64,000 bases of DNA from Amphiscolops sp. MND2022 (lineage: Eukaryota). The stretch covers positions 97,280,001-97,344,000 of the forward strand of contig OZ076409.1 of the NCBI GenBank assembly GCA_964187785.1, read 5' to 3'. Of the stretch, positions 21,001-29,207 are shown piece after piece. Numbering within the stretch: the stretch's first letter is position 1; each line of letters opens with the position of its first letter. The notes beneath the pieces were generated by a model. The model was not told the DNA's origin and made no database searches. It saw only the letters and a program-made list of their open reading frames with translations. The position numbers and the translations under genes were made by a program.

Positions 21001-22999
21001 TTTTGAATAGTTGTACAAAGGAATTCCATTGTTGTTTATAAGATATATGAAGGTTTGCATACCAATCGAGAGCTGTTCCAGTTAATGAACATTGGATGTA
21101 AGCCATGCGTCTATTGTGCCAATATTTGTATTCTATAGGATTATTTTGAGGTTCTTCGCCTATGGCAAAGGTTAATCTAGCTTCGACTTGTTGTAAATAT
21201 TCTTCTGGAGTATAAGAATGATCTAAACCATCAAAAGGTTTTTTAGGTTCTGGTATTGAAGCGGACATGTTAATAAAAGTATCTTGTGGCATTGGTAGAT
21301 ATTGAATAGGAGTAGCTAATTGCTGTGCGTGTTGAGGAGGTACATGTTGAATTGTATTTTGCGGTAATGGATTAGGATTAGGATTTGGATTAGAATGCAT
21401 TTGATATAAAGGATCAGTTGGTATGCGTGTGAGTGGAGGGTTTTGAAGTCTTCTTTGATGAGCTTGTGTAACATGAGCATAAGATGTAGAAGGATGTGAA
21501 GTTCCTTGATTTTGAGCATGTATATTTTGTGTTGTAGTGGTATGATTTTGATTTATATTCGTATTAGTAGTTGCGTTAAATGAAGGATAAAAATTATAAT
21601 TAAACGGATCATAATGTTGATTTGAGGTTTGAGGATTTTCATTGTAATTGATATTTGAAGAAACTGATCTATTTGAACGGAAAACAGAAGGAACTGATGG
21701 AGGATCATATCTAGATTGAGTAATGTATCTTGTGGGATCAAGAGTAGTTCTTGTTGGAGATGCAACATTAACAGAAGTATTCTGAGCAATAGATGTAGTT
21801 AAAACATCATCTTGTATAGTATCATGAGTTTCGTCGTGTGTTTCATGTGTTTCATCCGGGTTTGGAATAAAGAACGTTATATTACGATTTGGAGATGCAT
21901 CCAAAGAGGATTGAGGAGTACGTGTATTTCGTCTTTGATCTACAATTCTAGTGGGAGCTCTAAATGATTGAGTGTGTACCGATGAAGTTCCTGTTTGTGA
22001 TGGATTATGTGTTGAAATTGTAGATTCTTGAGTAGGAAATTCATTTTCATTATAGTTTTCATGTTCGTTTTGATGTTGTTGCTGAGGTGTATTATCATTT
22101 TCAGTAAGGTTGTTAATATTAGAATGTAGATGTTGTTGGACTTGAGAACTTTGTTCATAGCTAAAAGGTCTATTGTCTGGAAATGTAATATTTTCTGTAA
22201 TTAGTAGAGGATCAAAACGTATGTAATCTAAAGTTTGTTTTGTAATTGATTGAGGTTTATGAAAATAAGGATTTTCATTTTGTTTATTGATGATGAATGG
22301 TAAACATTCGTCTGCTGTAAAATGATCTGGAAATTCTGTAAAAGCAGATTGATCTTGTTGTGACCATAATAGTTGATAATTAAATCTGAAGTATTTTCTA
22401 AGAAATAAAGATATTACTTTGATCTGAGAAATTGTTTGATCATTTAATGTTAAATCTTTGAAGTAATGATAAATGAAGTTTTGAATTCGTAGTATATCTG
22501 CTTGTAACCAATGATGAGGATTGTCTTCAGGATTAACTATTCTTTCAATGATCTCTACATCGAAGTTGTTGATATATCGTTCAAGATCTTCTAGTGCATT
22601 TGGACTAAACCTTGGAGTATCATTTGTTAGATTGTGGTCCTTTACATTGTTTAGAAAAGCGTGAAAAACTTGATTGATGGGAACTTGTAGATTTATAGGA
22701 TTTATTGTTCTTCTATATATATGAGATGAATTAGGTCCTTGTTGAGGAAAGGATATTTGAAAAGTGGGGTATTCTGTGGTAATAGTTAAAACTTTGTATC
22801 TAATATAGAAGAGGTAAGTGTCTAAATGTTCTCTGATAAGAGGAATTGTTTCGAGTGTATGGGGTTCATTTTCAAATGGGAGTGGTTGTGTATAATGTGA
22901 AATAATGTTTTGTAGAAATGGGTTTAATTCTAATTTTACTACTTTTGCATTTTTAATGAGGGGTGTTTGAAAAGGTAAAAAAGTTGTTACTAAAGACAT
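15038..22999 (-). CDS. gag-pol: Gag-Pol polyprotein (2653 aa): N-terminal extension, capsid, CCHC knuckle, RS-rich region, protease, RT, RNase H, integrase
   Basis: Capsid (FDG..ALDWY..FKKQF..ETVRHFALR); CSYCHKNNHSISNC; LLDTGAS; YIDD; VDAS/ELLA/TDHKPL/ADMLSR; HAHGH..CIEC; SMD..VTDRG..LVE; IGPF. Confidence 0.98.
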   Translation of the reverse strand: MSLVTTFLPFQTPLIKNAKVVKLELNPFLQNIISHYTQPLPFENEPHTLETIPLIREHLDTYLFYIRYKVLTITTEYPTFQISFPQQGPNSSHIYRRTINPINLQVPINQVFHAFLNNVKDHNLTNDTPRFSPNALEDLERYINNFDVEIIERIVNPEDNPHHWLQADILRIQNFIYHYFKDLTLNDQTISQIKVISLFLRKYFRFNYQLLWSQQDQSAFTEFPDHFTADECLPFIINKQNENPYFHKPQSITKQTLDYIRFDPLLITENITFPDNRPFSYEQSSQVQQHLHSNINNLTENDNTPQQQHQNEHENYNENEFPTQESTISTHNPSQTGTSSVHTQSFRAPTRIVDQRRNTRTPQSSLDASPNRNITFFIPNPDETHETHDETHDTIQDDVLTTSIAQNTSVNVASPTRTTLDPTRYITQSRYDPPSVPSVFRSNRSVSSNINYNENPQTSNQHYDPFNYNFYPSFNATTNTNINQNHTTTTQNIHAQNQGTSHPSTSYAHVTQAHQRRLQNPPLTRIPTDPLYQMHSNPNPNPNPLPQNTIQHVPPQHAQQLATPIQYLPMPQDTFINMSASIPEPKKPFDGLDHSYTPEEYLQQVEARLTFAIGEEPQNNPIEYKYWHNRRMAYIQCSLTGTALDWYANLHISYKQQWNSFVQLFKKQFSSQKTAYYAQVEAMSLMKKDNETVRHFALRVQQLVKKGWCKENAATINLKNNEIFTKGLPKKLKDFAHKRQVKHVSTLLEPSIPFHTLVRHVDSEDIANEKIRTNDLALEINKVSLEDDNSKKEFENEDHIMVTQSGDPNNKSKPAYRKYCSYCHKNNHSISNCYQKQRDDEYHKHNNQRSRTPQQSFVQYFRSKPNNPQENQNKNTNIYSSDNDRNKYNQNYFNDRYRNNDRYRSNSRETLQNNYRSNSRQRYYNRSRSPYRSRFDNYYQRRTPSRSPYRTPYRNNSNYRYNSRSRYRSRSQSQENSFKRYNHPYRSPSRPRDFRSRSRTPSRNRQQNRINQVDVKTTKDNDSTKFEIHTCQTSEIANTITPYSWFYPLYVHASETNDSILPTKLEILFLLDTGASISVLNLPTFYVISKQLNINVPTNLQNQRAKTLTVANQTEVPIIHYISITCFTEVNHQTRSFNIDFAVANIKYNILGTPFFKNHIQNIDFQQNVMTYKEQHSNLPIKTTFSTFTEKDYPYISYIYTIKCKEPIHFKPRSGKTIYFPIKNYSHLHFELEDNTKFYPTNPYTYFLQKFKNIFHFLDMMTNDKSKDSCATIIQNFTSQPATLPRGIIGYIEIPITQTTPSHYRVHDVNSLIHSVIHAYHPDITTPIKPNPYTDMNLCTRVTPQSLLEINKIEIKDKTLQLPIPSVIGNLQPSDKIRKDFPPLPYSTENQQFIKKFNFEYSDLTDTEYVNLCNILINNQHCYAKHKNDVGKISTPFRIRIKDNCKLHTQRPSKVPIHYRDRLNKLLQELEKYNIIKPIGSKTDEKHTIGTTFLNPLIIIPKGDSIKVVLDARHLNSNTNQELESWPIEPLAPQLARANKKYKSTIDLMYAYAHTPLDEETIKLTGFSSGDKLYAFIRGFYGLKGLPNFFTKQMSTFFRSLIDKRSALVYIDDILLLANEKQEMFELIKELHIIASRENLKLAPEKSFYMLLKVKFLGHEIGNNTIKPIPSKIEAIKRIPSPKEKKDVMQFLGSVNFYSKFIEKLHINLKPLYTLLHDDVKFQWTPELEAIFQNVKNAMTADTELTIPNTTNPFFITVDASLVGLGAVLFQMNEENKMKVISYNSRILNTQEQKLSTLDRELLAIVYALQIYEFLIIGSPHPIYLFTDHKPLLHCFAKKGNLSPRFYRAQMQLTKFSKLKIIHTPGKNLTVADMLSRTFTKEQLQVHQLRHKQLPPQIEFSILKDNQIKPVHYLVKHEEIKYNQKNDCHPILADYGDDQFSIRINNKGEDIHIKPLDSFSFQSIVPFESKYKRPTKNQAKSLLQQSTILNDTDILSDEDEPTQSNNVQYQTKEHTFAIQYPTKSDYCKQQVPFFDPSFFKYKKYFNYFFLPENTQITIETIKTQQNQDTVLQKVYQWILNNERPSQIDPTIAANSFLLVYYKIFNQLYINHDTKIIHIDYPNLHDSNPNQRDKICLPFKLFYAAFNKLHAHGHSGIKISIKAFNQFYFIPYLNKWMSIFIHDCIECQQNKHINQKLQTASVQTFSENASYFNYRISMDTKGPINPPSNQNSYIHVIVDAFSHFVVTVPIKQNNAQNAVNSLLHHWITKFGPPVYLVTDRGTEYINSEFANLCTTMGIRHSPRTPYAPWTNGLVENQNRNLGTHLRLFLHNTPENWSTQVHMYAYAHNSQPLSEINLSPYEIVFHTIPRIPINFELNLHRDTYRNCTSQYCQELPLHTHYDKSNLNPFFHKILSKPIPQWILATETAMIQIYHTVYENTKRKINSYAYFNKTYHNPRPLDIGTFVLKRNFLHVHFSDKLKPLRIGPFKIINKISDITYEIVSQDGYTSHIHRNHLIPYYPKEPTIFPFLQQYNPQLFNDSHSNINNQTTNSDENQSSDEDQFYSTTSNKKTDIPSTIDFQSEPFSHYSSFPYQQKEQIPQNISLDNQSDIHDYDNFINPRRHSSNRYNFRPQPRKDYRLFLGEKDINSLSQNSC

Positions 23000-24334
23000 A
23001 TTTTAAAGTTTATCTCTTATTACTGTGAGTATTTTTTCAAGAAGAACACAAACTATAAATAAGACACAAAACGTGTATGTTGTAATGAGTACTACTGTGG
23101 TAACTTTTTCCCACATGTTATAATGTGAAGATTAAAGCGTTAAAATTAATTTTTGTAGAAATATTTTATGTTGGAGCTCTTGGGTAATGTCTTTGGTGAA
23201 GTATAATAAAGAAAAAATATTGTTGATATCGTTCAATTAGTCTTTCAAAATCTTCTGTGGTAGGGTTTTGAAGTGAGTTAATTGGCGGAATGTAAAAGTT
23301 GAAAGGATAATTAAGTTGATTGTATATGTTAGGGATCATATAATTTGTATTGTATATTGAAGTTCTTTGGGATGTTAATAGTTTTGGATAGAGAAAAAGA
23401 AGCGAATGCAGTAGAATCTGTATTCAACCTCAAAGGATTGCTAACAGAAACTAAATGAAATTTTAAGTCTGGATTACTCTAAAGTGTCTAACATAAGGTT
23501 ACTGACACATCCAGAAAACTAAAGTTATTTTATTTTAAGTAAGTTTGGTTTTTTAAGACTAAAGGAGTGGAACTCTGAACAATCAACGTCCACTTTCTAA
23601 AGTCTGATCAATACTGATCAAGATCAAAGTTTGATCTTCGTTGCTTTTACTTTTACTTCTACTTCCTGAGAATTTTGAAGATTCGAACGTAGTTCGGTGT
23701 CCTCTCGATTCTCCTTAATGACGTTTACACTTAACTAAGGTTTTTAGTCAGTCTTAGAATCAGAGTAAGCTGGGAAAGCTGTCTGATTGTCTAAGTCTTA
23801 CGGGAGGGGATAGGAATTGCGGGTGCCTGAAAATAGAAAACTACCTTTACAGTGTGTTTTTTATTTACATGCCTTACTTTTAAAGCGAAAGAGTTGTGAA
23901 GAGTGTATGTGGAGATTTGTTAAGATAATTGTTTTGTATAATTATGTTAAAAGTATGAAATATATACTTAAGTATAAGTTAGTTATTTTTCTCAGTTGTT
24001 AAAATTGTGAATGTGCTTATGTGTTGTTTAAGTATTGGGAATTATATGTGTTGTTTGTCGACAAGAAGAAAGAAATGAAATGAGGCTTGGTTGTATGTAA
24101 TAGATATTCTTGGTTGCCTTTTTTTTGTATTCAGATTCTATTTCTGAAACTATTTTATCGAACTTTTTGTAGAAAATGGATCCAAAACGTAAAAGTAGAA
24201 AATCCAGGTTTTCTGCCAACACGAAGTTGATCTTGAAACGTATGTGCTTATAGGTGAGCGAAGCTGGACATGCACTCAGTCAACTATTACACCAGGAGTC
24301 CACCTGACGTTCAAGATAGCAGGATCGAAGAAAT

Positions 24335-24670
24335 TTGCTGTGTCAAAGGTGTTAGAAAACCTTGATAAACCAGACAAATGTTGCTGTGTCAAAGGTGTTA
24401 GAAAACCTTGATAAACCAGACAAACATCAAAGAACTGTTTCAACAAGCTTCCGGATTAGCTGTGATAAACCAGTATAGAGAACAGAACTGTGTCACTTGT
24501 GGATAAATCAGTCTGGAAAGAGAAGAGGAGCAGAACTGTGTCACAATGGATAAATCAGTCTGAAATGAAACCGTTTCGACGTGTTAGAAAACGTGATAAA
24601 CCGGTGTGAGAAGAAGAACAGAAAGAAGAACCGTATCAACGTGTTAGAAAACGTGATAAACCGGTATTGA
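24335..24670. repeat. Imperfect tandem array in the 5' leader (7 GATAAA(C/T)C(A/G)G cores)
   Basis: Near-duplicate ~40-60-bp units; cores near 24364, 24410, 24464, 24502, 24549, 24595 and 24655. Confidence 0.8.
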
Positions 24671-24882
24671 AGAGAATTTGTTAAATGTGAATTAATTGTT
24701 GTAGTGGAGAAATTGTATGTCGAACAATGATGTATTTATTTATGAAATTCAGAAAGTCACAGACTAAATTTTCAAGAAATTCTAGAAAAATTTCACTGCA
24801 ATTCCAAAGAATTTCAAAGATGGAGAGTGGTATTTGTAGTATTGTTGAGAGAAGAGAAATCATTCAGTAGCGAAAAGAAAAA

Positions 24883-24900
24883 TTTTTACAAGTCGCACCA
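24883..24900 (-). other. tRNA primer-binding site
   Basis: Minus strand reads TGGTGCGACTTG, 3 nt after the 5' LTR; TGG complements tRNA CCA. Confidence 0.75.
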
Positions 24901-24903
24901 AAT

Positions 24904-25140
24904 TGTGCTGCCTTAATTCTTAGTTGTGTGGTGGTTATTTTAGAGACTAACTAAGACAGGCTTATTCGAGGTTTATCTAGCTAGATTTCTGATGGTAAGA
25001 GTAGAACAAAAGGGAAGTCAACCAAATACTGATTATTAACTTTCTCTCTCTGAGGGAGTAGAGACTTACAATCATTCAATAAATAAATGTACATTATATA
25101 AACATTAAAATACTATTGGTTATTAATGTAGGTCAGTACA
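24904..25140 (-). repeat. 5' LTR (237 bp)
   Basis: Identical to 6824-7060; followed by the PBS on the minus strand. Confidence 0.97.
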
Positions 25141-25512
25141 CATGGAAGTTTGTTTGAGTTTTTAGGATTCAATTTACCACATATAACTTTTGTTCGAATT
25201 TTTTCTTTGGTAATTCAGTTACACCATCGGTTAACCGATTAAGGTTATTTTCAACAATTTTTTAGGTCAAGCGGGAATCTTAACTGGTACAGGCTCCATT
25301 GACATCTGAATGATGAATTTGCATCACTGTTACTACAAAAAATAGTTTCTGCTAATGGCAGATGCAAGTTATATCATAAAAACCAATTTTTTTCATTGAT
25401 CGGGAGGCAATTTTCTCTGGTATTGACAGCGTGGGTTCAATTTTGAAAAAAGACCCCATTTCACATTTCCAATTTTTCAAAAACAATTTTTAAAAAATGT
25501 TTTTTTTGGCAG

Positions 25513-26486
25513 GTACTGGGTTTTTATTCTGTGGAGTGGAGTTAGCAGTGACTACTTTCGTGTTCAGTATAGCTGACGTAGTAGTCAACAAAAATGACAG
25601 TCCGGAATTACACCAAGTTTTGAAGACAATTGTCGAGACGAGACGAAGGCTTGTGGCGGCTATAACTATTTCGTGTTTGCTTTTCATAGCCATCGATCGC
25701 TTCATGCGCTTTCGAAACATCCACGGAGTCAGCATCCAGAAGAAAAAGGTTCAAAGCAAGCGCTTAGCCCGAATATTTTTCGCTTTTACCCTCTTTGCCA
25801 TTTTGGACTGTTTTGTTATGGCCTTTTTTGAAAATTGGTGGCGAGCCAATAGGAAGGAATGGCAGCACGATCCTTCTTTGAGCGGACCAATCGGATTTGT
25901 TGGGTACAAAATATTTGACAACAACCAAACATCGCTCAATCCTTTAAGAACCGTTGATCTTTTCGATGCTATGCTACCAGTTACGTACCTGTTAACCATC
26001 ATAATCTGTTTTTCTGTCTATTCTCTTATTGGAGTTCAAATCTTCCAAATGCTCAACCGACAAAAGGAGCAATCTGGGAACTATCTATCTCTGGTGATCC
26101 AAAAAAGACTGAAAAAATCTCTGCGAACCGTAGGATTGAACCTGGGTACCGTGATTTTGTTCGCAGTATGTTGGTTCCCTTACACTATCATTGGTCGGTT
26201 GTCGGAACTCGCTACGAACTGCTCAAGAACTTATTTCAACGTGATTCTGTTCAAAAACGAGCCTGAAAGTTTTGGCTGGGATTCAGTTGTCTTCACTTAC
26301 ATTCATTATGGTGAATTTTTCTATCTTTTCGCGGCTCTTAACTCGTTATTGTTAATTATTGGCCACAAAAAGTACAGATTGAATTGTGGTTGTTGGAAAA
26401 GAGAGGAAAACGACCTTATTACCAGAGGCGGAATCGATTTGGATCAAGATGTGATTGAGATGGAACCATTTCAGAATGAAAAATGA
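25513..26486 (+). CDS. Class A (rhodopsin-like) GPCR, terminal exon (TM2-TM7)
   Basis: Poly-T...GCAG acceptor (AG 25511-25512); IAIDRF (DRY-like); FAVCWFPY (CWxP); TM7 ALNSLL then KKYR and a Cys-rich tail. Confidence 0.88.
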
Positions 26487-26638
26487 TTTTTTTTCACATT
26501 CATCTGACAATGAATTTGCCATTTTTGTAGTGATGTTGTGAAGTATTTGTCCATTTATCATCCAATACTAATTGCATTGTTACGTGATACTGTTTAGTCT
26601 TCATTTTATTTCGAAATAGTGATGCTATCGTACAGTAG

Positions 26639-27853
26639 TTTTTAGGAGTCGGAAAAAAATTTTCGACTACTTATGCAATCGTGCTGTTTTTTTTTGTTTT
26701 TTTTTCTCCCGACCTTTTCATGAAAATTTCAAATTTCTCAAAAACTGTCCATACGATTTTCACGAAATTTTGCACAGTCATTCTACACCCACAGGGGCCC
26801 CTGCGTGTGCAAAGGCATCAAAATCGTATGGCTGGGATGTGAGAAACATAGCCAAAATTAGCCCAAAAATGGCCAAAAAACAGCCATTTTTCGACTTTTT
26901 TCGATTTTCTCAAAAACTGTCCATACGATTCGAACGAAATTTTTTACAGTTATTCTACACCATATTAGAGTCCTATATGTGCAATGGCATCAAAATCGTA
27001 TGGCTGGGATGTGAGAAACATAGCCAAAATTAGCCCAAAAATGGCCAAAAAACAGCCATTTTTCGACTTTTTTCGATTTTCTCAAAAACTGTCGATACGA
27101 TTCGAACGAAATTTTCTACAGTTATTCTACAGCATATTAGAGTCCTATATGTGCAATGGCATCCAAATCGTATGGCTGGGATGTGAGAAACATAGCCAAA
27201 ATTAGCCCAAAAATGGCCAAAAAAAGTCATTTTTCGATTTTTTTTTCGATTTTCTCAAAAACTGTCCATACGATTCGAACGAAATTTTCTACAGTCATTC
27301 TCCACCATATTATAGTCCTTTATGTGCAATTTCATTAAATTCGTATGGCTGAGATGTGAGAAACATAGCCAAATTTAGCCCAAAAATGGCCAAAAAACAG
27401 CCATTTTTCGACTTTTTTCGATTTTCTCAAAAACTGTTCATACGATTCGAACGAAATTATCTACAGTTATTCTACACCATATTAGAATCCTATATGTGCA
27501 ATGGCATCAAAATCGTATCGCTGGGATGTGAGAAACATAGCCAAAATTAGCCCAAAAATGCCCAAATACAGCCATTTTTCGACTTTTTTCGTTTTTCTCA
27601 AAAACTGTTCATACGATTCGAACGAAATTTTCTACAGTTTTTTTACACCATATTAGAGTCCTATATGTGCAATGGCATCAAAATCGTATGGCTGTGATGT
27701 GAGAAACATAGCCAAATTTAGCCCAAAAGTGGCCAAAAAAAACAGTCATTTTTCGATTTTCTTACAAACTGTTCATACGATTCGAACGAAAGCGAGTCAG
27801 AAGGAAAAAGACTTAAGCCGACTCCTTTACCGCATATGCGGCTCTGGTTTGTT
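26639..27853 (+). mobile_element. Helentron/DINE-like element containing a tandem array
   Basis: 5' TTTTAGGAGTCGG...CGACTAC; 3' CCGACTCCT + CCGCATATGCGG hairpin + TTTGTT. Confidence 0.7.
26735..27790. repeat. Tandem repeat, ~172-bp unit, about 6 copies
   Basis: TTCTCAAAAACTGT(C/T)CATACGATT recurs near 26735, 26906, 27078, 27252, 27424, 27595 and 27760. Confidence 0.95.
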
Positions 27854-27995
27854 ATGCGACTCATGAAACATGATTGCAAAAAATACGAGACACTCTTAAA
27901 CATCGCCTTTCTTTTTTCTCTGGCAATTTAGTATTCATCTTCAATTGACAATTATTGTACAATAGTGTGATGAATGTTGTAGACATCTATTTATG

Positions 27996-28256
27996 AACAA
28001 GACGCCCGCTAAACACCGGGATAATTTCCGCTACACTCTTATTGCAAAAAAAGTATGGCGAAGGAGAGGATCGAACCCACGACCTACTGGCTGGGAAATA
28101 CGAAACACTTTCAAGAAGCTACTGGCTGGGAAAGCAATAAGTGAAGTACACTTCACTCGATTGTGTGGAGATAAAGTGGAGTTTTGGCAAAGTTTGTGAA
28201 AAAAAACGAGTCACAGATCATGATTTTCCTCCCCCATTCTTGTGGGCGAAAAGTAA
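27996..28256 (-). mobile_element. Helentron/DINE-like element family B with tRNA-like 3' half
   Basis: Family B termini; minus strand reads AGGTCGTGGGTTCGATCCTCTCCTTCGCCA. Confidence 0.65.
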
Positions 28257-29207
28257 TAATGTTTTGGACTGAAAACCACTTAAATTTTTCAAATGTGATG
28301 AAAAAAACAAAGATTCCTTAAAAGTTTTGACATGATTTGCAACTTTAAAATTTGCGACTTGAAAAAATACACTCAGTGATAACTATTTTGATCAATTTCA
28401 GTTCGAAAACCTGCTTCAATCCGTACATTTCATGATATGCCAACATTCTAATAACCCACTAAAACTTGTCCGAAATTTGAGCTTCTTAGTGAACTTCATT
28501 TCTATTTTCACCAAAAACTTGGTAGAAAAAATCATCTCACATGTCTTGAGGTCTGAGAGGAATGCAAAATATTGGATTTTCTCCTAAAGAATGAAAATCT
28601 GGCTGAAAACTTACTAGCACAATCAACAGGCGATAAACACCGTGATATTAACTGAAATTCAACCCTCATAATAGGATTTGGATCTTGAAGCTGAGAAAAG
28701 TGTGACCTCCAGTTTGTTTCCTATATTGATACATATAAGGCCGATACTTAGAACTTCTTAGTTTTTGCGAATTTATGCTGGTTTTCGATGATTCTGAAAA
28801 AATTCATCCGGCGGAATTTTTGGCACAAACAGTATTGAGGAATTGTAATTACTTTGATGTATTGTTTCAATACCGAGAAGCGAATGTCGTTTTAAGAGCA
28901 AGAAAGTTGATGCATTGTGTAACAAAGAACACTCAATTTGATCAAAAAGGGGAGCCTTTGACACGTCAAGGGTTTGCAAACGAAGATAATCAGTCCTAGT
29001 GTGAGAGAGTTAAGCTACATTTTCGAGCTAACCACGATCTAGATGAAACGATTGTTCAGTTGTTGACATTATTATTATTAGTTACAAACAGAACTGAACT
29101 TAAAAGATAAAGTGAAAGAAATCATGAGCCACATGTTCTAAACAGAATTAAGTAATAAACGATTGTTACCACTCTCTGCTTTAGGTCATTCATAGATTGC
29201 TGTTACC

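Larger units (their letters stand above)
6824..25140 (-). mobile_element. Full-length 18.3-kb env-bearing Ty3/Gypsy LTR retroelement (endogenous-retrovirus-like)
   Basis: Two identical 237-bp TG...CA LTRs; CATG TSD at 6820-6823 and 25141-25144; PBS and PPT; uninterrupted gag-pol in PR-RT-RH-IN order plus four downstream co-oriented ORFs. Confidence 0.97.

Noticed and set aside
16831..22158. Alternative-frame ORFs inside gag-pol (e.g. 172 aa at 19969-20487)
   Set aside because: Shadows of low-complexity or codon-biased coding sequence
25497..25512. ATG at 25497 as the GPCR start
   Set aside because: It lies in the polypyrimidine tract and would omit TM1, which the upstream exon supplies
26735..27790. 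CRISPR-like array, or repeat-encoded proteins (MASKSYGWDV... ORFs)
   Set aside because: Whole units repeat with no unique spacers, there are no cas genes, the context is eukaryotic, and the ORFs are artefacts of the tandem repeat
28055..28100. Functional tRNA gene
   Set aside because: Only a 3'-half-like sequence inside a repeat; no complete cloverleaf
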